In this document: piece after piece, positions 28,540 through 36,665 of the stretch
Layout: each line of letters opens with the position of its first letter
Numbering within the stretch: position 1 is the first letter of the stretch
The notes under the pieces: model-generated
Databases searched by the model: none
What the model saw: the letters and a program-made list of their open reading frames with translations, nothing else
What the model was told of the DNA's origin: nothing
Translations under genes and position numbers: made by a program
Origin: an uncultured Candidatus Saccharibacteria bacterium
Lineage (GTDB): Bacteria > Patescibacteriota > Minisyncoccia > Minisyncoccales > MHMH01
Assembly: GCA_964393465.1 (NCBI GenBank)
Contig: CAYMTT010000001.1
Span: forward strand, 1-62,246
Length of the DNA: 62,246 nucleotides
Direction: 5' to 3'

Positions 28540-30045
28540 CTACATTTTTTCGGGAGAAGAAACTCCCATCAAGCCCAAGGTTTGCTTGAGAACGTTTTTG
28601 CAGGCCAAAGTCAGCGCCAGACGAGACCTCGTCAAATCCCGGTCTTTGGAAATGACTTGGCAGTCCCTGTAAAAGCGGTGGAAAAAAGAGGCCAGCTCCA
28701 GAGAATAGCGGGGTAATCTCTGCACCTGGTAATCCCGGGCGGTATCTTTGACTATCTCGGGGAATTCGGACAGTTTTTTTGCCAGCTCGAGCTCGGAAGG
28801 ATGCTCCGGATTTTTAAGCTCGGGCTTTAAATCGGTCTTTCTCAATATGGAGCAGATCCTGGCGTGGGCGTACTGGACGTAGTAGACAGGATTCTTGGAA
28901 GATTTCTCCCCGGCCAAATCCAGATCTATTTCCATATGGGTATCCAGGGACTTTTGCAGGTAAAAAAAGCTTGCGGCGTCCAAACCTATCAAATCCACCA
29001 GCTCTTCCAGAGAAACTATCTGCCCTTTTCTTTTTGACAGCTTTTCCCTGCCCTTTAAGGTCACCAGCTGCAAAATCAAGATATCCAAGCGCCCCTTGTA
29101 GTCCAGTATTTTGGCGGCCGCCCTGATTTTGGAAGCGTGGGCCTGGTGATCCGCTCCCAGAATGTTTATTATCCTGCCGAAGCCCTTGTCCATCTTTTCT
29201 TTATGGTAGGCAATGTCGCTCAAAAGATAGGTGGGGCTTCCGTCTTTTCTCTTTACCACCCAGTCTTTCTGGTCCCCGAACTTTGAAGTTTTTATCCACC
29301 AGGCTTCTTCTTTTTTATAGACGAGGTTCTTTTTTTCAAGCCATTCGAAAATCTTTCGGACCTTTTTTTTCTCGAAAAGGTCTTTTTCCTCGGAAACCCA
29401 CCTGTCGAACTTTATCTCGAGCTTTTTTTCTATGAACTCCCTGTTTTCTTTCATTATCTGCTCCGTTATCTTTTCCGGGTCTTCCAAACGGGATATTTTG
29501 TCCTGGAGGTAGGGGGTGTAATAAGGGAGGCCTTCTCCTTGGCCGGATTCTTTGACCTGGGAAGCGGTATCCATGACGGTTTTTATCTGCCTGCTCACCT
29601 GGGCGTCGTTGATATAGTAGTCTTTGGTTACCTTGAACCCGGCTTTTTCCAAAACTAAGGCGATGGCTTTTCCGGCAAAAGCGTTCCTGCCGTGCCCTAT
29701 GTGCAGGGGGCCGGTCGGATTGGCTGAAATGAACTCTATATTCGCTTTCTCTTTTTGAGAAAATGAACCGTATTTCCCCTTTTTCTTTAAAATCTCTTTT
29801 ACTTCCTCAGAAAGCGCCTTTTTGGACAAAAAAAGATTGATGAATCCGGGCCCGGCTGTCTCCACTTTTTCAAAAAGCTTGCATTCCAGCTTTCCGGCTA
29901 TTTCTTTGGGGTCTTTTTTGAGTTTCAGGGCCACATTGGTGGTATAGTCTCCCGGAATGTTGGAAGAAGTATGCTCTATTGAAACCTGATCGGCGGGAAG
30001 CCCGACCGCCTTGGCAATTTTCTCTTTTATTTCCTCTCTGATCAT
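28540..30045 (-). CDS. argS: Arginyl-tRNA synthetase
   Basis: 501 aa. SANPTGPLHIGHGRN (HIGH) and a C-terminal DALR anticodon-binding region ending ...GVSSPEKM. Confidence 0.92.
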   Translation of the reverse strand: MIREEIKEKIAKAVGLPADQVSIEHTSSNIPGDYTTNVALKLKKDPKEIAGKLECKLFEKVETAGPGFINLFLSKKALSEEVKEILKKKGKYGSFSQKEKANIEFISANPTGPLHIGHGRNAFAGKAIALVLEKAGFKVTKDYYINDAQVSRQIKTVMDTASQVKESGQGEGLPYYTPYLQDKISRLEDPEKITEQIMKENREFIEKKLEIKFDRWVSEEKDLFEKKKVRKIFEWLEKKNLVYKKEEAWWIKTSKFGDQKDWVVKRKDGSPTYLLSDIAYHKEKMDKGFGRIINILGADHQAHASKIRAAAKILDYKGRLDILILQLVTLKGREKLSKRKGQIVSLEELVDLIGLDAASFFYLQKSLDTHMEIDLDLAGEKSSKNPVYYVQYAHARICSILRKTDLKPELKNPEHPSELELAKKLSEFPEIVKDTARDYQVQRLPRYSLELASFFHRFYRDCQVISKDRDLTRSRLALTLACKNVLKQTLGLMGVSSPEKM

Positions 30046-30084
30046 TAGTTAAGTTTAGCTTAATTCAAAGCAAAAAGGAAGCCG

Positions 30085-30113
30085 TTGATAAAAAGCGAAA
30101 ATAAAGGTAGATT
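30085..30113 (+). promoter_or_regulatory. Sigma70-like promoter of smpB (TTGATA-17 nt-TAGATT)
   Basis: -35 TTGATA at 30085-30090, a 17-nt spacer, and -10 TAGATT at 30108-30113. Only 6 nt separate the -10 from the smpB ATG (30120), and there is no SD. Confidence 0.5.
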
Positions 30114-30119
30114 AAGGTA

Positions 30120-30569
30120 ATGGCGGTGCTTTCAAACAACAGAAAAGCGTATTTCAACTATGAAATCCTGGAAACTTTCGAGGCCGGAATGGTTTTGGAA
30201 GGCCACGAGGTAAAATCGGTGAAACTGGGCAGAATGAACCTGGCCGGCTCCCATATAGTGCTCAAAGACGAGGAAGCCTATTTGCTCAACGCCCAAATTC
30301 CCCCTTACCAGCCCAAAAACACGCCCGAAGGCTACGATCCTTCCAGGCTGAGAAAACTCCTATTGAAAAAAGACGAACTGAACTATTTAATCGGCAAATC
30401 CCAGCAGAAGACCTTGACTTTAGTGCCCCTTAAGGTGTATACTAAGAAAGGCAAAATCAAGCTGGAATTCGGAGTCGGCAGAGGAAGGAAGAAAGTGAAC
30501 AAAAAGGAACTGTTAAAGAAAAGAGCGACCGACAGGGAAATAGAAAGGGAAATGAAATCAAGGGGATGA
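30120..30569 (+). CDS. smpB: SsrA-binding protein SmpB
   Basis: 149 aa. NRKAYFNYEILETFEAGMVLEGHEVKS with a basic C-terminal tail. Confidence 0.95.
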   Translation: MAVLSNNRKAYFNYEILETFEAGMVLEGHEVKSVKLGRMNLAGSHIVLKDEEAYLLNAQIPPYQPKNTPEGYDPSRLRKLLLKKDELNYLIGKSQQKTLTLVPLKVYTKKGKIKLEFGVGRGRKKVNKKELLKKRATDREIEREMKSRG

Positions 30570-30923
30570 CACAGCTTAGATGGAAGATCTTTTTTCAAAA
30601 CGCGCAAGCCGAGTTTGCCAGAATCTCGCTAAACTTCCGGCACAGAATAAGTGCCAACTTATTCAAACAACCAGCTTTAGCTCACGCACACGCGTAAGGC
30701 ATAAGCCATCTTCTTTATGGACTCTCGATAAATAAAGAAGGTGTCATAAACTCGAGATAGGCAGGCCCTTTTGATTCGGGAGAGCCGCCGAAAAAACAAC
30801 CGAATCGAAACCTCGAGGCTCTTCGTCCGGTTCCAGGCCTCAGGTTTTTCTTCCAACCGGGCTAAGCTTGTAGAAGCTTTTTGGAAAAGCTTCCAGACGT
30901 GGGGGCAGTGCCCACCATCTCCA
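30562..30923 (+). ncRNA. ssrA: tmRNA (SsrA), standard one-piece form, CCA not encoded
   Basis: 5' GGGGAUG (30562-30568) pairs with 3' CAUCUCC (30916-30922), giving a G3:U70 wobble, the AlaRS identity element. Discriminator A is at 30923. The T-arm is GUGGG-GGCAGUG-CCCAC, directly abutting the acceptor strand. UGGAAG (30581-) pairs with CUUCCA (30890-) as a P2-like helix. The putative tag ORF AUAAGU-GCC AAC UUA UUC AAA CAA CCA GCU UUA GCU CAC GCA CAC GCG UAA (30653-30697) encodes ANLFKQPALAHAHA. The gene lies immediately after smpB. Confidence 0.85.
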
Positions 30924-30941
30924 CAGAACCATTTTTAAAAA

Positions 30942-31448
30942 TTGAACACAAAACCACCGGTCAACAGAGAAATAAGGGCGAGAGAAGTCAGACTAATAGA
31001 CGAAACCGAAAAACAGGTAGGGGTTGTTCCCTTGGAACAAGCGCTCCAAACTGCAAAGGAGCGCGGTTTGGATTTAATCCAGGTAACGGAAAAAGCCGAC
31101 CCTCCCGTTTGCAAGATAATGGATTACGGCAAATACCTTTACCGGGAAAAAAAGAAAGCCAAGGGAACGAAAACCCACCAGGGAGAATTGAAAGGCATCA
31201 GGCTCAGGTTCAACATTTCCCAGCACGACTTGGAAATAAGGGCCAAGCAGGCGGAAAAATTCCTGAAAGCCGGAGACAAAGTGAGAATAGAAATGCGCCT
31301 CAGGGGCAGAGAAAAGGCCCTGAGAGAATTTTCCGAACAGAAAGCCAAGCAGTTCCTGGAAATCCTGGGGCAGCTGATTCCCTACAAGCTGGAGAGAGGC
31401 ATCAAAAAAGACCCGAGGGGATTTTCCATGATAATTTCCAAAGAATAA
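30942..31448 (+). CDS. infC: Translation initiation factor IF-3 (TTG start)
   Basis: 168 aa. VNREIRAREVRLIDETEKQVGVV and KIMDYGKYLY motifs. TTG 30942 is the first possible start after the in-frame TAA at 30936. Confidence 0.92.
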   Translation: MNTKPPVNREIRAREVRLIDETEKQVGVVPLEQALQTAKERGLDLIQVTEKADPPVCKIMDYGKYLYREKKKAKGTKTHQGELKGIRLRFNISQHDLEIRAKQAEKFLKAGDKVRIEMRLRGREKALREFSEQKAKQFLEILGQLIPYKLERGIKKDPRGFSMIISKE

Positions 31449-31449
31449 T

Positions 31450-31629
31450 ATGAAAACGAGAAAATCGATAACAAAAAGGTTCAAAATAACCAAAACCGGA
31501 AAGATATTGAGAAGGCATACCGGACAGGACCACTATCTTGCCAAAAAGAAAGGCAAGAAAATCAGGCTGAACCGGAAATGGGTGGAGTTGTCCAAAACGG
31601 AAGCCAAGAAAATTAAAAGAATGCTTTAA
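31450..31629 (+). CDS. rpmI: 50S ribosomal protein L35
   Basis: 59 aa, below the ORF-track cutoff. I translated it by hand: MKTRKSITKRFKITKTGKILRRHTGQDHYLAKKKGKKIRLNRKWVELSKTEAKKIKRML. It sits in the canonical infC-rpmI-rplT position. Confidence 0.9.
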   Translation: MKTRKSITKRFKITKTGKILRRHTGQDHYLAKKKGKKIRLNRKWVELSKTEAKKIKRML

Positions 31630-31631
31630 TT

Positions 31632-31979
31632 ATGGCCAGAGTAAAAAGAGGAAAAGCAGCGCACAAAAAAAGAAAAAGGATTTTGAAGCAAACCAAAGGT
31701 TTCAAATGGGGAAGAAAAACCCACTACAGGCTGGCAAAAGACGCACTAAGGCACGCTTGGACCCACGCCTACAGGGACAGAAAAAGGAAAAAACGCGACT
31801 TCAGACAGCTCTGGGAATCCCAAATATCGGCCGCCTGCCGACAGCACGAAATCTCCTACAGCCGCTTCATCAATGCCTTAAAGAAAAACAAAATAGATTT
31901 GGATAGAAAAATGCTGTCTCAACTGGCCCAGGAACATCCCCATATTTTCAAAAAAATAGTTGAGAAAGTCAAAAGTTAA
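31632..31979 (+). CDS. rplT: 50S ribosomal protein L20
   Basis: 115 aa. MARVKRGKAAHKKRKRILKQTKGF... Confidence 0.95.
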   Translation: MARVKRGKAAHKKRKRILKQTKGFKWGRKTHYRLAKDALRHAWTHAYRDRKRKKRDFRQLWESQISAACRQHEISYSRFINALKKNKIDLDRKMLSQLAQEHPHIFKKIVEKVKS

Positions 31980-31993
31980 ACGGCGCCTAAATA

Positions 31994-32022
31994 AAAGCCA
32001 CTCCTAAAGAAGTGGCTTTTTG
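31994..32022. terminator. Bidirectional intrinsic terminator between rplT and the convergent purF-like gene
   Basis: AAAGCCACT-cctaaaga-AGTGGCTTT followed by TTTGG on the plus strand, with an A-run on the other side. Confidence 0.7.
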
Positions 32023-32023
32023 G

Positions 32024-33520
32024 TTATTCTCTATTCACGGGATAATGGCCGGTAAAGGATCCCGCGCAGAAATTCTCCCTTGGTAGTTCTGTAGCTTCAA
32101 TGGTGGATTCAAGGCTCAAATGGCCCAGGGTCATCTCTCCTTGAAATCCCGTTTCATCTCTGATGAAATTCAGTATCTCTTGATCTGTGCTGCGCCTAGT
32201 CCTGATTAACTCTTCGTAGGTAACCGTATCTATGCCCAAATGACAGGGGTAGCGGATGGGCGGAGAAGAAATTCGTATGTCTATCGCTCTGACTCCGGCT
32301 ACTTGCAGGAATTGAATCACTCTGGGCAAGGTATTCAATCTGACAATGGAATCATCTACCAACACAATTCTTTTTCCTTTGACTATGGCTGGAATGGGAT
32401 TGAACTTCAGCCTCTGAAATAGGTGCCTTTTCTCTGCGGCCGGTTCTATGAATGTCCTACCAACGGTGTGCGCCCGGAAAAGTCCGTAAATGGTGACGGG
32501 CAAGCCAGACCCCTGGCTGTAACCGATGGCGTGAGGATTAGCGGCATCGGGCACCGAGATTACCAAATCCGCCATCGGCGAAGGTTGTTCCCGAGCTAGC
32601 GCCCTGCCCATATTCTCTCTGACCGTGTAAATAGTTTTTCCTTCGATAATGCTGTCGGGATTGGCAAAGTAGATAAATTCAAAGAGGCATAAACCGCTAA
32701 CAGAAGGGTTAGACGCCCAAATTATTCTTTTCTCTCTTCCTTGCCCAAAAATCAACATTTCCCCGGGGGCGATGTCATCGATTAAATTTCCGCCCAAGAC
32801 ATCCAAAACGCGGCTTTCCGAGGCGACAATGTAAGTTGCCTCCCTTTTCCCCCAGCATAGAGGGCGAATGCCGAAAGCGTCTCTTGCAGCAATAACCGTG
32901 TCATCAAAGATGATGGTTAAGGAAAACGCTCCTTCTAGGCGGGGCAGGACTTCCAAAACCGCTTCCACGAAATCGGCTTTAGATGAGGTGGCCAGCAAGG
33001 CAACGATTACTTCGGTGTCGGTAGTGCTTCTGAACTGATAGCCCTTCCTGCCGCATTCCTCTCTCAATCGCTGTATGCGCACTAAATTGCCGTTGTGGGC
33101 CACAGCAAACTGCTTATCCTTGAACCAACCTGTCATGGGCTGAGCATTGGCTATCATACTGGCACCAGTGGTTGAATAGCGCACATGGCCGATGGCCGTC
33201 GTACCGCTTAGTTTATCCAGAACGCTCTCCCGCATCTTGAATTTATTTTCTCTTAAAAAAACGGCAATATTTTTCTGCGGCTCGCCGCGGCTATGCTGGT
33301 CTATAACGGCCTTGACCAGTTTCTCGGCCGGGATTTCCTCCCAGAAAACCTGGTCAACCGTCCCCAGGCCAAGGCGCGAGAAAAGTTTCCCTTTATGGGA
33401 AGAAATTATGCCGGCCGATTCTTGACCCCTGTGCTGCATCTGCAGAAGGGCGAAGTAAGCGTCAGAGGCCACCTCTTTCTTATCCGACCAAATCCCAAAA
33501 ACCCCGCATTTTTCAAACAT
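32024..33520 (-). CDS. purF: Amidophosphoribosyltransferase-like class II glutamine amidotransferase (divergent PurF)
   Basis: 498 aa. MFEK-CGVFGI N-terminal Cys nucleophile, RGQESAGI, and a PRTase motif VLVDDSIVRLNT (canonical DDSIVRGTT). SSPPIRYPCHLGIDT is B. subtilis-like. Confidence 0.8.
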   Translation of the reverse strand: MFEKCGVFGIWSDKKEVASDAYFALLQMQHRGQESAGIISSHKGKLFSRLGLGTVDQVFWEEIPAEKLVKAVIDQHSRGEPQKNIAVFLRENKFKMRESVLDKLSGTTAIGHVRYSTTGASMIANAQPMTGWFKDKQFAVAHNGNLVRIQRLREECGRKGYQFRSTTDTEVIVALLATSSKADFVEAVLEVLPRLEGAFSLTIIFDDTVIAARDAFGIRPLCWGKREATYIVASESRVLDVLGGNLIDDIAPGEMLIFGQGREKRIIWASNPSVSGLCLFEFIYFANPDSIIEGKTIYTVRENMGRALAREQPSPMADLVISVPDAANPHAIGYSQGSGLPVTIYGLFRAHTVGRTFIEPAAEKRHLFQRLKFNPIPAIVKGKRIVLVDDSIVRLNTLPRVIQFLQVAGVRAIDIRISSPPIRYPCHLGIDTVTYEELIRTRRSTDQEILNFIRDETGFQGEMTLGHLSLESTIEATELPRENFCAGSFTGHYPVNRE

Positions 33521-33537
33521 TATCCTTTATCCTCCTT

Positions 33538-33867
33538 TTAAAAGAGCATTTTATCATTCTTAATCAAAACGCCTTCTTTTTCAAGTAGTTGGATTTTCTT
33601 TTTTTGTCCAAGCCTATAACCGCCAACTTTCCCGTTCGATCTGACAACGCGATGGCAGGGAATATTTCTAAGGTCTGGATTTTTATTCAAGGCATTGCCC
33701 ACCGCTCTGGCTGCTTTTGGCGAACCCGCCAATTTAGCCACTTGCCTGTAGGTCAACACTTTTCCTCGAGGAATTTTCCTGACCGCTCTATATACTTTTT
33801 CCTGAAAGAAACTTATCCCGAATTTATTGAAGGAAGTTATTGGCTTTCTTAAGTATTTCTTTGGCAT
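33538..33867 (-). CDS. Methylated-DNA--protein-cysteine methyltransferase domain protein (Ogt/MGMT C-terminal domain only)
   Basis: 109 aa. VYRAVRKIPRGKVLTYRQVA helix-turn-helix and the active-site motif IPCHRVV. Confidence 0.85.
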   Translation of the reverse strand: MPKKYLRKPITSFNKFGISFFQEKVYRAVRKIPRGKVLTYRQVAKLAGSPKAARAVGNALNKNPDLRNIPCHRVVRSNGKVGGYRLGQKKKIQLLEKEGVLIKNDKMLF

Positions 33868-34231
33868 TTTTGTAGGTCAACTGTTTTGACGCCTCTTTAT
33901 AAGCGAGCCACTTGTATGCTTTGTGCTCCCAGGATATTTTCACTTTTTTCGTTGTGGTTTGGGCCAAGAAAAAAACGACGGTCTTCGAAATCTTTTCTTT
34001 TTCCCTTTTGTAAAAATATCTTATCGTTTCCTTAAACCCCGGAATGAAATCGATATTACGAATACCGGTTTCTTCGAAAACTTCCCTGCGGGCGGCCCCC
34101 TCCTTGCTTTCCCCTTTTTCTATCTTGCCTTTGGAAAAATCCCAATGGCCGGAACCGTAATGCAAAAGCAGGTAAAAGTTTTTACCTTTTTCTCTTCTGA
34201 AAATTACAGCCCCGGCCGATCTTTCCGTCAT
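33824..34231 (-). CDS. NUDIX hydrolase
   Basis: Nudix box GKIEKGESKEGAARREVFEETGI. I placed the start at ATG 34231 (MTERSAGAVIF), which forms an ATGA overlap with the PolX stop. The track start at 34306 lies inside PolX. Confidence 0.85.
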   Translation of the reverse strand: MTERSAGAVIFRREKGKNFYLLLHYGSGHWDFSKGKIEKGESKEGAARREVFEETGIRNIDFIPGFKETIRYFYKREKEKISKTVVFFLAQTTTKKVKISWEHKAYKWLAYKEASKQLTYKNAKEILKKANNFLQ

Positions 34232-35952
34232 GCCGATTTTTTGCCGAAAAATTTCAAAATCTCTTTCCAGTCCATGGTATTGATTATATCTTTTTTCTCG
34301 GCCCATCCTCTCCTGGCCTGGGCTATTCCCAGCTCCATATACCTTAATTGGTCGTTCTGGTGGGAATCGGTGCTGACTACCATTTTGACCCCGGCTTCCT
34401 TGGCTCTTTTTATATTCTGGTCGTTCAAATCCAGCCTTTCGGGATGCGAATTTATTTCCAAAACCGTTCCGAATTCCCTAGCTGCTCTCAAAATTTTGTC
34501 GAGATCGCACCGGTATCCGTCCCTTCTTTTTAAAATTCTGCCGGTTGGATGGGAAATTATCCTTATATAAGGGTTTTTCATGGCCTTGATTATCCTTTCT
34601 GTCATTTCCTTCTCTGGCATGCCGAAATTCGAATGGATTCCGGCGATGGCGTAATCCAGTTCGGATAAGGCCTTGTCGTTAATGTCTATGGAGCCGTCGT
34701 TGAGAATGTTAGTTTCCGCCCCTTTTAAAATCCTGAAATCTTTCCGCTGAGAATTAAGTGCGTCTATTTTTTTGTTGCGCCTGGCAAGTTCTTTTTCGTC
34801 CAAGCCGTGCTCTATTTTCAAAAATTTAGTATGGTCGGAGATTCCCGCGTATCGATATCCCATCTTTCGGGCAGCCTCCGCTATTTCTCCGATGGAATTT
34901 TGCCCTCCATCCCAGCTAGAATGAATGTGCAAATCGCCCAGAATATCTCGGTATTCCACCAAATCGGGCAGCTTCCCTTTTAAGGCCGCTTCCACTTCTC
35001 CGCGGTTTTCCCTCATTTCCGGTGCAATCCAATTCATACCCAAGGCATTGTAAACTCCTTTTTCGGTTTTACCTGCCAAAACCTTTTTACCTTTGAAAAG
35101 CCCGTATTCGGAAAGCTTCATTCCTTTTCCCATAGCGATTTTCCTCAAAGCTATATTGTGTTCTTTGGATCCCGTGAAATACAAAAGGGCCGAGCCGTAG
35201 CTTTTTTCGGAGACCACCCTCAAGTCGATATCGAACCCCTCCTCGACCCTGACCGAAGATTTGGTGGAGCCCTTTCCCCAAACTTTCGTCACCTCTTTCT
35301 GGGAAACGAAAAACTCAACCACTTTTTCCGGCTTTTTGGAAAAAACCAAAATGTCCACGTCTCCGATGGTTTCTTTTTTTCTTCTAAAAGATCCGGCAAC
35401 GTCAATTTTTTCAACTTCGTCCAAAGACTCTAATTTTTTCCGCATTTCCCTGGCCCTAAAGACGATTTCCCCCAATAGAAACCTTCCCCTGCTTTTTTTC
35501 AAAAACTCTATTCCTTCGATAATGTTTTCTTCGGTTTTTTCCCCGAATCCCTCCAAAGAAGCTATTTTGTGCTTTCTGGCGGCCTCTTCCAAACTTTTCA
35601 AATTTCTCACTCCGAGCTCCCGATAAAGGATCTTGGCTTTTTTGGGGCCCATGCCTTCGATTCCTGTAATTTCTTCCAGTCTTAAGGGCATTCTTTTTTT
35701 AAACCGCTCATGGTGTTTTATCTTTCCGGTTTTCAGATACTCTTCTATTTTTTCAGCGATGCTTTTTCCCACTCCGGGAATTTCCTCCAAGGCCTTGATG
35801 CCGCCTTCTTTATAAAATTCTTCTACGTCTTTTTCCATGCTTTCCAAAGATAAAGCGGCCTTGCGGTAGGCGTAAGGCCTGAACTGAGCTTCTCCCATTT
35901 GAAGGTAATCTGCCAATTCGTAAAAGACTTTGGCTATTTCCCGGTTCTTCAT
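34228..35952 (-). CDS. DNA polymerase X family protein with C-terminal PHP domain
   Basis: 574 aa. Pol-beta-like N-terminus (NREIAKVFYELADYL, HhH GVGKSIAEKI, GSFRRKKETIGDVDIL) and PHP motifs (GDLHIHSSWDGG, ISDH). Confidence 0.9.
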   Translation of the reverse strand: MKNREIAKVFYELADYLQMGEAQFRPYAYRKAALSLESMEKDVEEFYKEGGIKALEEIPGVGKSIAEKIEEYLKTGKIKHHERFKKRMPLRLEEITGIEGMGPKKAKILYRELGVRNLKSLEEAARKHKIASLEGFGEKTEENIIEGIEFLKKSRGRFLLGEIVFRAREMRKKLESLDEVEKIDVAGSFRRKKETIGDVDILVFSKKPEKVVEFFVSQKEVTKVWGKGSTKSSVRVEEGFDIDLRVVSEKSYGSALLYFTGSKEHNIALRKIAMGKGMKLSEYGLFKGKKVLAGKTEKGVYNALGMNWIAPEMRENRGEVEAALKGKLPDLVEYRDILGDLHIHSSWDGGQNSIGEIAEAARKMGYRYAGISDHTKFLKIEHGLDEKELARRNKKIDALNSQRKDFRILKGAETNILNDGSIDINDKALSELDYAIAGIHSNFGMPEKEMTERIIKAMKNPYIRIISHPTGRILKRRDGYRCDLDKILRAAREFGTVLEINSHPERLDLNDQNIKRAKEAGVKMVVSTDSHQNDQLRYMELGIAQARRGWAEKKDIINTMDWKEILKFFGKKSA

Positions 35953-36587
35953 CTAATCTTTGGCATGGGATAAACTTTTTCTTTGGGAATTAAATTTTCT
36001 TTTATAAGTAGAAATAAAATTGCGGCAATTATGCCCAAAACGCTCACCGCTACGAAAACCGGAACGAATCCAAAAGAACTGGCCACTACGCCTCCTATAA
36101 TTCCGGCGATCCCGGTAGCGAAACTGGCGGAAGAATTTTCCAGACTCCAAGAAAAAGCTTCTTTCCCCCTGCCAATATGGCGGGTAAAAATTGCCGACCA
36201 CGAAGGAACGGCAAAAGCCATTCCCAAAGCATGGACTGCCTGTAATGCATATATATGCCAAGGGGATGAAGCGAAAATGAAACCCAAAGGAGTGAGGCTC
36301 GCCAAAAACGTCCCCCCTATCAGTGAATAATAATCGTCTTTGTCGCCTTCGTGTTTATCCAAAAAATTAGCTACGGGCAGCTGCATTAAAGCCTGCCCGA
36401 TCCAATAAATTCCCACGGCGATGCCGACCACCTTAGCAGCTTCCCCCATATCCCCGAAGGTAATTCTCTGAGCGATGAAAATCGCCAGAATCGGCACCAC
36501 CAAACCCCAGCCAAAAAGCAGAAAAAAATCAGAGACTACCAATACTCTTATCACCTTGCTGATCGAAGGAAGTTTTATCTTCTTCAT
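35949..36587 (-). CDS. Half-size (6-TM) MFS-like membrane protein
   Basis: 212 aa with six hydrophobic helices and an MFS-like loop (DKHEGDKDDYY). A terminator upstream and a 4-nt overlap with PolX argue against it being a truncated fragment. Confidence 0.55.
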   Translation of the reverse strand: MKKIKLPSISKVIRVLVVSDFFLLFGWGLVVPILAIFIAQRITFGDMGEAAKVVGIAVGIYWIGQALMQLPVANFLDKHEGDKDDYYSLIGGTFLASLTPLGFIFASSPWHIYALQAVHALGMAFAVPSWSAIFTRHIGRGKEAFSWSLENSSASFATGIAGIIGGVVASSFGFVPVFVAVSVLGIIAAILFLLIKENLIPKEKVYPMPKIR

Positions 36588-36622
36588 TAGTTTATTGTAG
36601 TTTTATTCCAAAGAGCTGGCAA

Positions 36623-36650
36623 GAAAAAACGGCTTGTCCGAAAGCCGTTC
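36623..36650 (-). terminator. Intrinsic terminator after the yjbQ-like gene
   Basis: The minus strand reads AACGGCTT-TCGGAC-AAGCCGTT followed by TTTTTCTT. Confidence 0.7.
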
Positions 36651-36665
36651 CGTCGTAAAAATGTC

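Noticed and set aside
30567-30569. Alternative genetic code with UGA recoded, as in some candidate phyla.
   Set aside because: TGA terminates smpB, PolX, RtcB and DUF763 at positions matching family C-termini. No conserved gene shows an internal in-frame TGA, so this is the standard code 11.
30881-31453. A 190-aa plus-strand ORF overlapping the tmRNA 3' end and infC in another frame.
   Set aside because: The Arg/Gly/Pro/Gln-rich product has no motif. The overlapping frame encodes a clear IF-3, and the upstream part is tmRNA.
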